A stretch of DNA of 64,000 nucleotides from an uncultured Acidimicrobiales bacterium (GTDB lineage: Bacteria; Actinomycetota; Acidimicrobiia; Acidimicrobiales; CAZWDB01): contig CAZWDB010000004.1 of assembly GCA_964632885.1 (NCBI GenBank), positions 11,892 through 75,891 of the forward strand, written 5' to 3'. A model generated the notes under the pieces. The model saw nothing but the letters and a program-made list of their open reading frames with translations, had not been told where the DNA came from and ran no database searches. A program made the translations under genes and the position numbers. Of the stretch, positions 52,331 through 61,739 are shown piece after piece (position 1 is the stretch's first letter; each line of letters starts with the position of its first letter).

Positions 52331-53302
52331 ATGGATGAACGCCTGCGACACTGGACTATGCCCGAACCGAAGTTCTGCGATCACTGCGCGGCGAGCTTGG
52401 TGCCCCTCGCGGTTCCCCATGTCGAGCGGTCATGCACGGACTGCGGCAAGTCGACATTCATCGTGGAACCAGGCGACGGGGGAAGGGGCATCAAGATCCG
52501 CGAAGGGGACAACTTCACTATTCCAGCTGGGTGGCTCAAGATGTCACTCGACCCTTCCAAGGCCACGGCTCGACTGTTCAAGCCTGGGGTCGCGTGGTTC
52601 GTGACTCAGCTCCTCGCCGGCGAGCTCCCGTCCGAGCCGAACGACGTCGGCGCCTATCTCCAAAAGCTCAAGGAGAAGGCTGACCTGGTCCTGGAGGCGA
52701 GCCCGCGCCTCTCTCACCTCGACCTGGAGAACGAGGAGGACGCTGACAAGGCGATCGAGCTGCTGGAGTCCGACCGGAATTCTGCTGAGTGGTGGGCGCT
52801 TCTTATCGGCAGCCTCGCCTCGAGTCTGCTTGATGACTTGCATGCTGGCGCCGCTCCGTCCGTAGTCGTCCACTCCGTCCGGATGCAGGCGGCCCACTCG
52901 ATGCTCGTCTTCAAGCAGAACCTCGAGGAGCACGTCTGGACGGGCTATAGGCACACAGGGCTCATATATGACATCGCCTCTGCGTCGGCGCGTACACCGA
53001 ACGACGCCGAGAAGATCCAGGCGCTGCGCCCCCTGTTCTCACGCCTCGAAGAGGATGTACTCCACGCCTGGGTGGAGGGTGATGTCGAACTTGGGACGAG
53101 GATCGGCGTGTCGGATGTTGATGAGGCGTTGCTCAAGGGGTTAGCGAAGTATCACCTGAGCGTGTTCGAGCGCAGGCGCCAGGAGTCCACGCTCGCGCGC
53201 GAGCACGCGTCCCGGGTCTGGACGAATCGCATCGCTGCCGCAAGCGTCGGCGCTGTACTCGCCTCTCCCGTCGTCGCGGCGCTGACCGCGATTCTGATCT
53301 GA
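52331..53302 (+). CDS. Hypothetical protein with N-terminal four-Cys zinc ribbon and C-terminal TM helix
   Basis: MDERLRHWTMPEPKFCDHCAASLVPLAVPHVERSCTDCGK (CxxC-x17-CxxC). C-terminal AAASVGAVLASPVVAALTAILI. The track start is TTG 52295. Confidence 0.65.
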   Translation: MDERLRHWTMPEPKFCDHCAASLVPLAVPHVERSCTDCGKSTFIVEPGDGGRGIKIREGDNFTIPAGWLKMSLDPSKATARLFKPGVAWFVTQLLAGELPSEPNDVGAYLQKLKEKADLVLEASPRLSHLDLENEEDADKAIELLESDRNSAEWWALLIGSLASSLLDDLHAGAAPSVVVHSVRMQAAHSMLVFKQNLEEHVWTGYRHTGLIYDIASASARTPNDAEKIQALRPLFSRLEEDVLHAWVEGDVELGTRIGVSDVDEALLKGLAKYHLSVFERRRQESTLAREHASRVWTNRIAAASVGAVLASPVVAALTAILI

Positions 53303-53377
53303 GGACCGTCGCAAAAGCGCGGCCTGCTCCCGAAGCGAGCGGACGGAGTGTCGGCGTAGACACCCTAGGATCGCGCT

Positions 53378-54049
53378 GTGGAGCCCGGCGAAGAGCCAGA
53401 TCTCTGGAGTCGGCTGTTTGTTCGGGTCGCACTCGTACTCAGTGGCCCCGCCACGTTGTGGTTGACCTCATGGGGGATCGTGGTTGCCTCCGCCGACCGG
53501 CAGAGCCGCGCCTTCTGGAACTGGGGTTCTGGGCTCGCCGTAGCCGCCTCCACCGCCGGCCTCGGGTTGTTTGTGCTCGCCACGCTACGCGGCCTGCAGA
53601 GAGAGAAGCTGAACGAACGCCGGGAGTTCGATCGGCGGCTCGAAATGGGCCTTGATCGTCCGGCGTTACCACTCCATCCTGGCGTCCCGCCACGGGGCAG
53701 GCCATCGACGAACTGGCAGCTGCTTCCTGGAGAATGCGTACGTCTCGCGCAAGACCTTGAGCGGTTCAGCCGTGACGTTGATCGCGGAGCAAGCGACATT
53801 GATGAGTACCAAGGAGAGTTGGCACGACGCGCTAGCGGGCTCCTCGACAACGTCCAAGAACACATGCAAGTTGACGACGCTGCAGGGCACACCAGCCGGA
53901 TTGAGCACGCCCGGTCCGCGTCGGCCGTTCGGACGCTGGGTACCTGGTTCCGAGAACTGGCAACCGAGTTCACACGCCATATGCAGGAGCGGATTGCCGG
54001 AGACCGACAGAGACTCCACGGACGACGCAGCTGGTCCGCTGACAGCTAG
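53378..54049 (+). CDS. Hypothetical membrane protein (two N-terminal TM helices plus a helical cytoplasmic domain)
   Basis: LFVRVALVLSGPATLWLTSWGIVVA and GSGLAVAASTAGLGLFVLATL. No family recognised. Confidence 0.55.
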   Translation: MEPGEEPDLWSRLFVRVALVLSGPATLWLTSWGIVVASADRQSRAFWNWGSGLAVAASTAGLGLFVLATLRGLQREKLNERREFDRRLEMGLDRPALPLHPGVPPRGRPSTNWQLLPGECVRLAQDLERFSRDVDRGASDIDEYQGELARRASGLLDNVQEHMQVDDAAGHTSRIEHARSASAVRTLGTWFRELATEFTRHMQERIAGDRQRLHGRRSWSADS

Positions 54050-54652
54050 TTCCCGCGCGATTGGGATGCCGAGGTCGGCGGAGCTTCCCGTTCGTCTTGG
54101 GGAATCATCGGCTCCCGCACTGGCACAGGCTCGACCCGACCAGCCTTGAGATTATCTCGAACGTCGGCAACAACGTGTCGGAGGCGACGGAGCGGAGCTT
54201 CACTCGGTCGGCGCCCGCCGATCGTGCTCCTCGGTGGCCGCGCACCCGACTAAACCAGGTTTCGCACAGGGCGGACGACTCCGCACCACCGGTCGAAAGT
54301 GGTTGTTGGAGTTGACGAGGAGTGATGCTCTCCGGCTTATTGTGTGGAGCTACGTCTCCGCGCGGTAGCGCGTAGCCGAAGGTCGGGCGCCGCACGACAC
54401 GTGAGGTGATGACTTCGGGGACCAGGCGCCGTGATTGGCACCGGAACAACGGCTGTGACGGAGGGCCGCCGTCGAATCTATGTCGGCCGCCCAGCGGATC
54501 TCCGCGTCACACGACCGACATCTGCGACTGACTGGCAGACTGTCCCAGCGTCAACTGATACGTTGCCAACGCTACGCGTGCCCCCCAACTGGTGGATACA
54601 TGCGCTGGCGTACTCACCGGAGCAGCTGTGTGCGCGACCTTCACGCCCATCA

Positions 54653-56031
54653 CTACCTCGTGCCGGCGTAGCGACCGGACCTACCACTGCAGCGGTCGCC
54701 GGACGGATCCTTGTGGGCACGCAACTTTGAGTTGCGAGTGGTGTGAGCGAACTCGCGACCACAGCGGTTGCACTCGTACAGATACTCAGGTCCTCTCGAC
54801 CGCCTCGATCGCGATGTCCGCGAACCCCGAGGCACAGGCGTCCGATACTGCGGCGGCGCATGCAGCGGACCGTGCGCCGAGAACTCGATTGGGAATCGCG
54901 GACGGAATGGTGTTGTGGTGACTCGCAGGCGGGTGATCCTCTCGACCCGGTAGGAGCGATGCCCACTGCCGTCGGCCCGCTCAGCGTGCAAGATCAGGTT
55001 CCCTGCACGGGTCCGGCGTAGCGAGTACGGCTCGATGAGGCGCGTCGTCCCGTCGTAGTGCAGTTCGACGAGAAGGCGGTTCGCGGCCGCGAAGCGCGCT
55101 GCCTCGAGGGGCACGCCGGCACGCCAAGTTGAGACAGTCGGTGGGGGCGACCAAGACTCGTCCTCGTCGCGGCCGTATGCGATCGCACCTGCGACTACCT
55201 CCTGAACTTCACGCTCCAGCCACGCGAAGAGCAATGGGAGCTCCTCAAGGAAGGGCTCGAGTGGCGGCAGGGCCGGAAGTTGATGACCGAGCATGTTGCC
55301 CCACTCCGACTCCAACTCGAGCAGCAAAGGCGGGTCATCGAAGTCGGCTGCAGTCGGTACCGAGATGCTCTTCACGGCGCACTTCTCTACAAGCGCCGAC
55401 CGAATCGCCTCGGGATGCATCCGCAAGTCGTTGCGCCGGAACAGGTTGATGATGTCGTACAGATCGCGCGGCCTTCCCCGCTGCGCCATGGCGCGGATCT
55501 TTTCGGCGAACAGCTCGTCAAATGAGTAGCAGCGGGTGTTGCCGCCGCTGGGGAACGTGTCGGGGTAGGGGTGAGCGATCTTCTGCAACACAGCTGGTCG
55601 GACCACTCGTTCGTCAGCGGAGAGGTCGAGCTTGACGCGCGGCGTCTGCGATGGCGTCCGGCGCGGGCCGGTGTAGTAAACGCGGCCCTCCGTCGACAGC
55701 TGGTTGGGCCGCAAGCGAAGCCGGGGCGCTGTCGAGAAGTCCAGCCCCGACTCGTCTGTGATGCGCGTCAGGGTTCGCCTCAGCAGCGGCTCGACGTCTT
55801 CCGGTCGGTATGGGGCGTCTGGAAGCACGGTGAAGTCGAGGTCCTCGGAGAACCGGTATGTCTCGATGTAGCACTTCTTGAGACACGTCCCTTGAAGACC
55901 CACGCCTGCGAGAGGACCGGGTCGGTTCCGATCCCCCACAGGAGCCATCCGAGGACGTAGTCCTTCTCGACCACCTCCTCAGTCAGGCCCCTCTCCCTGA
56001 CGCGCTCGACGATGTCTGCGCGGGTGATCAC
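54653..56031 (-). pseudogene. AbiEii/DUF1814 nucleotidyltransferase toxin fused to a WYL domain and C-terminal Zn ribbon, interrupted by a 1-nt frameshift near 55886-55893
   Basis: N-terminal piece (ORF 55780-56031): VITRADIVERVRERGLTEEVVEKDYVLGWLLW...AWVFKG. Continuation in the other frame (ORF 54653-55948): TCLKKCYIETYRFSEDLDFTV...FAEKIRAM. WYL-like: LVELHYDGTTRLIEPYSLRRTRAGNLILHAERADGSGHRSYRVERITRL. Zn ribbon: YECNRCGREF. The GTG start forms a GTGA overlap with the AbiEi stop. Confidence 0.7.
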
Positions 56032-56876
56032 CAGTCGCCTCCAGCGGTTCCCAAGGTCACGTTGGCGCGGATCCCCCAGCGCCGGACGATGCGGCCCTTT
56101 GCGTCTATCGATGGGTCAAGTGCGACGAGCCCACTGCTGCGCCTCGCGTGGCAGGCCGCGATCAGGTCGGGCGCGTTCACGCCGACATGCTCGAGAACGA
56201 AGCCGAAGCGCTTGAAGACCGCCCGGTTGCCAAGCCGGTCGCCGTACGCGACCAGCAACTCGTCGTCACGATGCTCGCTGTGGAGGTATTCGTGCAGTAC
56301 GTCTGCGACGTTGCGCATCCCGCCGCCGAGCGAGGGGTCGTCGAAGATGTCGACGACGGTCCGCGTCGGATCGGAGACCTGCACTCGGACCTGGCCGCGC
56401 CACACCGGCGTCGTGCCGAAAAGGTTCTCCTCCGACCGAACAGTGACGCGGAACGATGTGCCCTGGATCACTGGCTCGCGCTCGCGCACCCTTCTCGCAG
56501 TGACGACAAGGACGGTGCGAAAGATCTGCTCCGTCAGGTCCCAGTGCTCACAAGCGCTCCAGCCACCGATGTAGCAGGGGTTGAACACACGGGCCGCGAC
56601 AACCCACGCGTCCTCGACCCACTCGCCTGGCCGCCGGGCATCGAGAGGAACCGCCACATAGAGACCGCGGCGGACGCGAGCCAGCCAGCCACGCCGAGCC
56701 AGGTAGGCGAGAAGCTTGCGCGTCCGGTCCACGTCCAGGCCGATTGCCGCCGCGGCCTGAGCGACGTCGAAGGCGCCAACCATTTCGCGGTGCAGCCGTT
56801 CGAGCAGGATTCGGTTGTCGCGGTTGATGCCCCGCGTACGGGCTCCGGGCGTCCGAGTGTCCCTAGTGTGCATCAT
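56028..56876 (-). CDS. AbiEi-type antitoxin / transcriptional regulator (type IV TA)
   Basis: ORF trimmed to ATG 56876. The N-terminal winged-helix-like region is FDVAQAAAAIGLDVDRTRKLLAYLARRGWLARVRRGLYVAVP. Its position directly upstream of AbiEii, overlapping it, supports the call. Confidence 0.75.
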   Translation of the reverse strand: MMHTRDTRTPGARTRGINRDNRILLERLHREMVGAFDVAQAAAAIGLDVDRTRKLLAYLARRGWLARVRRGLYVAVPLDARRPGEWVEDAWVVAARVFNPCYIGGWSACEHWDLTEQIFRTVLVVTARRVREREPVIQGTSFRVTVRSEENLFGTTPVWRGQVRVQVSDPTRTVVDIFDDPSLGGGMRNVADVLHEYLHSEHRDDELLVAYGDRLGNRAVFKRFGFVLEHVGVNAPDLIAACHARRSSGLVALDPSIDAKGRIVRRWGIRANVTLGTAGGDW

Positions 56877-56887
56877 ACTGCGTGTTG

Positions 56888-56903
56888 CATATACCGGTAT
56901 ATG
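56888..56903. promoter_or_regulatory. 16-bp perfect palindrome CATATACCGGTATATG, candidate AbiEi operator
   Basis: It lies 11 nt upstream of the AbiEi ATG in an A/T-rich patch. Further TACCG(G) copies occur at 56934-56965. Confidence 0.5.
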
Positions 56904-57028
56904 ACACACGATGTACTACTCATATAGTAAGTAATACCGCGGCTGTGGTGTACCGGCGCCACCGGAACGGCTACGTGGCTCCATCGAGCGTCGCGATCAG
57001 CCCGGCTGGTGAGTAGTAGCGAAGGCTC

Positions 57029-58126
57029 TCATGCCAGAGTGAGCCAGGCATCGTGCTCCGTGGCGGCGCGCGGTCGCTCCCCCGAGAAGTGCGTTGCCTG
57101 TCGTCGCCCCTGGTCCGCGGAACCCGCTCGAACGATGGTCGTGAACCGCCAGGGCGAATCTCGGACCGACTCTTTGAGAATCGCGAGGGGGTCGGCGTCC
57201 CGATCGCTGATGCCACCGAACCGAACGACCATCTGTGCGTCGCTGCGGCAAACCTCGGCCACGTTGCGCCACACGTCCCGAAGTTGCCTCGCGAATGCAG
57301 CCGGGCTTGGATGGTCCAGCTGCTTGGGATTCGAGTAGTCCACAGATGCGGGCCCGCCTACGAACCAGTTCCTCAGCCACTGATCGGGGACGTACGTGCG
57401 CATGCCGTAGAAGGGTGGCGACGTGACTGTCCATCGCACCTTCCGGTCGATTGCTTCGAACGTAGCGCTACTCCTGCTATCGCCACAGATCGCGAAGCCC
57501 TCTGCGAACGGCTGGCTCGTGTAGTACCGCGTGGCTCGAACCTTCACCACTGCCCGGACATCGACGCGCGGGGCGTGCATTCCGCGAGTAGTCCAGAATC
57601 GAACTGCGTAGTTCGGCTTCGGCGCGTAGGTGCGCGTGCATTGGTTCGACAGGTGTGATGGCGCTCTCTTGGTGAGCGGACCGTGCAGTGCGCCAAGCAA
57701 AGTCGCTCGAAGCGCGCGTCTGGCATCCGATGTGCAGTCGCCCAGTAGGTCCTCGCGCAGCTGACAAAGTGTCGCGAGGACCTCTGGATGGTATGCGAGG
57801 TCCCAAAACTCACCCATCGGAATGTCGAGAGCGTTTTTGCCTGCGCTCAGGATTTCGTCGGCGCACGCAACCACCTCGTCGGGGGTGACGTTAGCGAGCT
57901 TCGCCTGCGTCAACGAGACGGCCACGTTGCTGCTGTCGATCCCGACTGAAGGCAAGCCGAGGACACGCGCCGCGTAGTTCGTCGTACCGCGGCCAGAGAA
58001 CGGATCCAGCACCCACCCCCCACCTCCCGTCGTGCCGCGCCGAAGTACCCGCAGGGGGAAGTCCAGCGGGAACATCGTGAAGTACGGACAGATGGCGTTT
58101 AGTGCGGTCGAAGGCTGAGCCGTCAT
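57029..58126 (-). CDS. DNA N6-adenine/N4-cytosine methyltransferase (amino-MTase)
   Basis: VLDPFSGRGTTNYAARVLG (AdoMet motif I, N-terminal) and WTVTSPPFYGMRTY (motif IV, about 200 aa later). The start forms an ATGA overlap with the HerA stop. Confidence 0.75.
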   Translation of the reverse strand: MTAQPSTALNAICPYFTMFPLDFPLRVLRRGTTGGGGWVLDPFSGRGTTNYAARVLGLPSVGIDSSNVAVSLTQAKLANVTPDEVVACADEILSAGKNALDIPMGEFWDLAYHPEVLATLCQLREDLLGDCTSDARRALRATLLGALHGPLTKRAPSHLSNQCTRTYAPKPNYAVRFWTTRGMHAPRVDVRAVVKVRATRYYTSQPFAEGFAICGDSRSSATFEAIDRKVRWTVTSPPFYGMRTYVPDQWLRNWFVGGPASVDYSNPKQLDHPSPAAFARQLRDVWRNVAEVCRSDAQMVVRFGGISDRDADPLAILKESVRDSPWRFTTIVRAGSADQGRRQATHFSGERPRAATEHDAWLTLA

Positions 58127-59463
58127 CGATCCGGCGCTCTTCCGGCTCGTACGTAGGTCACGCCGCGGTCGTTCTTGTAGGTGTGCCAGGTCTCGTCTTG
58201 CACGCCAATGAGCTCGTTCATCGCCGTGGCGACGAGCCTGTAAGCAATCGACTCGCGGTCGTCTAGCGAGGTCGGGAGGTGTTCGACGAGAACCGCTTTG
58301 AGACTGCCCCAGGCTGCGCCGTCACCACTTCGGACCCTGGGCATCCATTGCGCGTCGTTCCTCAACGCTTCAATCGCGCGCCGCTCGAACGCCGCCATCA
58401 CATCGGCGCCCGCCGCGGCGAGGTCCCCTCCTAGATCCAGTTGACCCGCAACATCAAGTCCCCGTGTCGACTCATCGACACCCCCGGCTTCGTCACGTTC
58501 CCCCGCGAGGGGTACCCCAGCGGCCCTGAGGTCCTGCTCGAACTCCTCCCGTAAGGAGCGCGCAAACGTGTCTGCCGCCGGAGCGTCGTAGGTCGGGTCC
58601 AGCGGTGGGTACATCCGCTCGAAGGACAGAACGCGAATCGCAACCGGATACGGCGTTCCGCCCACTGAACTCCAGAACACCCCCTGGCCAGGAATCGGCT
58701 CGTTGAGCAGTGCACTGAGCAAGTCGTTGCTGAAATGCGCGTTCGCGCTCCTGACGTTGCCCAAGTCCGCGCCCGAGAGAAGGTGGAAGATGAACCAGTT
58801 GTCACCCTGGCTCAAGATCTCGACCGGAATGCTTCCAGGCTGCTGTGTGACCATCACCGCGCCGAGGTCGTACTTGCGTCCTTCCTTGACCCACGCGATG
58901 TAGGGCTCAGCAGCACTCGACCTCTCGTTGAGGACGCTCTGCGCTTCTTCGATGACGGCGATCGTCGGAATCGATCGAGGCTCAGCCGCCGTGAATTCGG
59001 CCTGGTTATGGTCGAAGATGCGACGCAGCACGAGTCCCGAGAGGATCATCGCCTGACCACTTCGCATCTGCGAGACGTCGACTACGCACAGCTTTCCTTC
59101 CCGTAGTGCGCGAAGGAGCAGATCCATGAATTGACTGGACTTGTCGTGCAACATGCCGACGATCGTCGTCATGTTCGCTCGGGCGGCAAGCGCTTCCGCT
59201 TCTTGTGCAGGCTCGAGATCGAGCAGCCTTCGGACATCCTCCAACCGAGACTGGTTGCCGTTCAGGGCGATGATGTCGACGAGCTCTCCCCATCGTTGCT
59301 GTGGCAACGCCCGCAGCTTCCGCACGTTCTGCTGGTCCTGGCGTTCCGGGCCGAGCGCGATCGCGATGACGTCGGCAGGCTTGATCCGCCGGAGATCCAG
59401 CCGGATGCCGCCAGCTACGAAGGATTGATAAAACGGGCTCGGGTTGCGGCGTGGTGTGAACAC
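58123..59463 (-). CDS. HerA-type ATPase, C-terminal fragment (continues 59415-60275 after a 1-nt frameshift)
   Basis: IPTIAVIEEAQSVL (Walker B-like) and KYDLGAVMVTQQPGSIPVEILSQGDNWFIFHL, typical of DUF87/HerA. Confidence 0.7.
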   Translation of the reverse strand: MFTPRRNPSPFYQSFVAGGIRLDLRRIKPADVIAIALGPERQDQQNVRKLRALPQQRWGELVDIIALNGNQSRLEDVRRLLDLEPAQEAEALAARANMTTIVGMLHDKSSQFMDLLLRALREGKLCVVDVSQMRSGQAMILSGLVLRRIFDHNQAEFTAAEPRSIPTIAVIEEAQSVLNERSSAAEPYIAWVKEGRKYDLGAVMVTQQPGSIPVEILSQGDNWFIFHLLSGADLGNVRSANAHFSNDLLSALLNEPIPGQGVFWSSVGGTPYPVAIRVLSFERMYPPLDPTYDAPAADTFARSLREEFEQDLRAAGVPLAGERDEAGGVDESTRGLDVAGQLDLGGDLAAAGADVMAAFERRAIEALRNDAQWMPRVRSGDGAAWGSLKAVLVEHLPTSLDDRESIAYRLVATAMNELIGVQDETWHTYKNDRGVTYVRAGRAPDR

Positions 59464-60275
59464 GCGAGCTTGTCCTCGAGTGCCGGTACATCCGCCAAAC
59501 CGGGACGCCCCTTCTCGTCTGGCCAGAAGTACTCACCGTCCGGGTCGAATACGACGGTGCCGACGGGAACCTCGCGATCTCGCTTCGCGACGGTGGGGGT
59601 CTCGTGGTACAGGGTGCTGAACAGCAGCTTGTTGAGGTTCGACTTGCCGAATCCGGCCCGAGCAAAGATGAAGGATCGCCGCGACACGAGGTTGCTAACC
59701 GGGAACTTGATCTCGACCGCTGGAGAGCGCACCTGGACCCAGTCCTCCAAGTGGTCCGCGTAGGTGCTGCCCGCGGCGTAGACGTACTCGCCCAGGGCGA
59801 ACAGCCCGATGGCCGCGCCGTCGACGTTGTGACCGGCAATCTCCTGAAGTACTGGACCCGACGGGAACGCGACCGGGCTACCGACGTGGGGCAGTCGTCG
59901 GTGGGAGGCGACGAACTGGACTCGGTCGCCGGTTCGACGAAGAACGCCGAGGACGCGGACATTGACCGCGTACCGGAGGTACTGCTCGCGAAGGTCCTCG
60001 GGGACCGCGCGTTCTTCGCGGACAGCACGGATGTTGAACTCCTCGCCACTCCCGCTCGACAGCTTCCCCTGCGACGAGAGGGACGTGATCCGCCCAAGGA
60101 CCGCCTCGTCTGGCGTCTCGAGCTGAACCAGGATGTGTTGCCCGTGCATCGGGATGCGTTGGAAGTCGCTTCGATATGGCAGAACGACGTCCGCGTGGAA
60201 CTCGAGCCCTCCTTCTCGGAACCCCCGGAATACTCCGACGACATCGTCTCGGCCGAACAGCTCTCTGATGGTCAC
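59415..60275 (-). CDS. HerA-type ATPase, N-terminal fragment (HAS-barrel-like region plus Walker A)
   Basis: The GTG 60275 start has GGAG 6 nt upstream. VVGVFRGFREGGLEFHADVVLPY...GQHILVQLETPDEAVLGRITSL. Walker A is FIFARAGFGKSNL. Confidence 0.7.
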   Translation of the reverse strand: MTIRELFGRDDVVGVFRGFREGGLEFHADVVLPYRSDFQRIPMHGQHILVQLETPDEAVLGRITSLSSQGKLSSGSGEEFNIRAVREERAVPEDLREQYLRYAVNVRVLGVLRRTGDRVQFVASHRRLPHVGSPVAFPSGPVLQEIAGHNVDGAAIGLFALGEYVYAAGSTYADHLEDWVQVRSPAVEIKFPVSNLVSRRSFIFARAGFGKSNLNKLLFSTLYHETPTVAKRDREVPVGTVVFDPDGEYFWPDEKGRPGLADVPALEDKLACSHHAATRARFINPS

Positions 60276-60284
60276 GCCATCTCC

Positions 60285-61430
60285 TCAGCCATACCGCCGT
60301 TGTGACACGTCGAGGTCCTGTAGCCGGAAGGCGTCGAGGACAGGTGCCTCCACGCCAAGTGCGCCCCGGATGCCCGCGAAGATCTCGTCCTGCAGGACGT
60401 CGAAGTCGAAGTCGACAAGGGCGGCGTTCTCATGCGCCTTCTGGAGGCAACGCGGGTACAGGGGAACGGGGAAGCCGTCGATTGCGTCGGCCAGGAGGTA
60501 GCCGAGCACTGCCTGGGCCTCTCCGCGTTGGGGCAGGAACACGTCGATCGGCCAGATCGGGTCCCTCGTACTGGATCCGAACTTGACCAAGAACATCTTG
60601 CCGCCGACGAACCGATTGATCTCCGCGTCAGCGAGCTCGCGGTCATCGCCTCGCGCGTACTCGGACCACACATACGCTTTCTCTTCCAACTCCCGAGGGA
60701 CTTCGACGTACGCGGCGTAGTCGCTCGTAAGAATCCGCTCCAGGGACATGGCGAGCTGGTAGCGGGCCAACACCTTGCTGTGCTTCGCGACGCCTACCAG
60801 GTAGATCCGCCGCCGGTTCCTCCGGTAATGGGCGTCGATTGCCTCCTCCGCAAGACTCAGGTATCGCTTGAACCGATCCGCTGCAAAGACCTTCGAGCGC
60901 AGAAGCCCGTCAAACACGATGAGCGTGTCCGTCCCGAAGTCTTTGTTCTTGAGGATCGAGTAAAGCGTGGCCCACTCGACGAGCTCTCGGTAGACCTGCA
61001 CCCAGCTCGGGCTTGTCGGCCGGTCACCTTCATTTGAACGGATCATGTGGCTCAGCGCTGGGAGTGTCGCCACCTCAAGGTCGTTCATCATCTCGCCGAG
61101 CGGCGTAGCTGGCGCGCCGTAGGCGTCGAACTGTCGCGCGCTTAGTTCGGAGACACTCGTAGTGGGCGTGATGGCCTCAAGGCAGTACTCGTTGTTGCTC
61201 GAGTCGACGACGCGGATGAGCTGTACGAGGAAGGGATCGAATTGGATCGAGTTGTTCCCGCCGTCGGTTCCGACCAGTGAGATCGATGTCGTCGTACGCG
61301 GAAGGATTCGGTGGACCCCTGCGCTGAACCGTCGGACCTCGCTGCGAAGGTCGTCGAGTAGCCCGCGATCAGCGAGGATTCGTTCCGCGATCTCGCGACG
61401 TAACCGCTCGTGACTCTCAGGCTCGATCAC
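60285..61430 (-). CDS. NurA-type 5'-3' nuclease
   Basis: SLVGTDGGNN, TLIVFDGLLRS, YLVGVAKHSKV and YPRCLQKAHENA match the NurA DGS / DGsL / KtS / AH blocks. The start is set to GTG 61430 (GAAGG RBS, 14-nt overlap with the XRE gene). The track ORF reaches 61517. Confidence 0.7.
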   Translation of the reverse strand: MIEPESHERLRREIAERILADRGLLDDLRSEVRRFSAGVHRILPRTTTSISLVGTDGGNNSIQFDPFLVQLIRVVDSSNNEYCLEAITPTTSVSELSARQFDAYGAPATPLGEMMNDLEVATLPALSHMIRSNEGDRPTSPSWVQVYRELVEWATLYSILKNKDFGTDTLIVFDGLLRSKVFAADRFKRYLSLAEEAIDAHYRRNRRRIYLVGVAKHSKVLARYQLAMSLERILTSDYAAYVEVPRELEEKAYVWSEYARGDDRELADAEINRFVGGKMFLVKFGSSTRDPIWPIDVFLPQRGEAQAVLGYLLADAIDGFPVPLYPRCLQKAHENAALVDFDFDVLQDEIFAGIRGALGVEAPVLDAFRLQDLDVSQRRYG

Positions 61431-61686
61431 TTCGCGTGCCTTCGTACGGACCGTCTGGCGAACGGATCTCGGTGCGCAGCGGTGACAGCTGGACAAGGAC
61501 GCCAGAACCGGCTGCACGCACCAGCCTCATCAACGTGGGCAGCGTCGGCTGGCGGTGGCAGTTCTCGTAGGCCGAAATCAGCGCCTGCGATACGCCAGCC
61601 CGCTTGCCGAGCGCCGCCTGAGTCAGCCCTGCCTGGACACGCCCGCGACGCAACGTGCCCGCCGCGACTTCGAGGCTTTCGTCCAC
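61417..61686 (-). CDS. XRE-family HTH regulator (start uncertain)
   Basis: LRRGRVQAGLTQAALGKRAGVSQALISAYENCHRQPTLPTLMRLVRAAG. The first plausible start after the upstream gene is GTG 61686. Confidence 0.6.
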   Translation of the reverse strand: MDESLEVAAGTLRRGRVQAGLTQAALGKRAGVSQALISAYENCHRQPTLPTLMRLVRAAGSGVLVQLSPLRTEIRSPDGPYEGTRSDRA

Positions 61687-61739
61687 GGCCGCAAGATAAG
61701 CAATCGCGTATGAGAACTGGTGGACGCCGGTCCTCGCCT

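Noticed and set aside
54050-54652. ORFs 54061-54315, 54105-54449 and 54431-54730 in the 600-bp gap before the AbiEii 3' end.
   Set aside because: The translations are Arg/Ser/Pro-rich, with no motifs, no RBS and mutual overlap.
I treat the region as non-coding or gene remnant of unknown origin.
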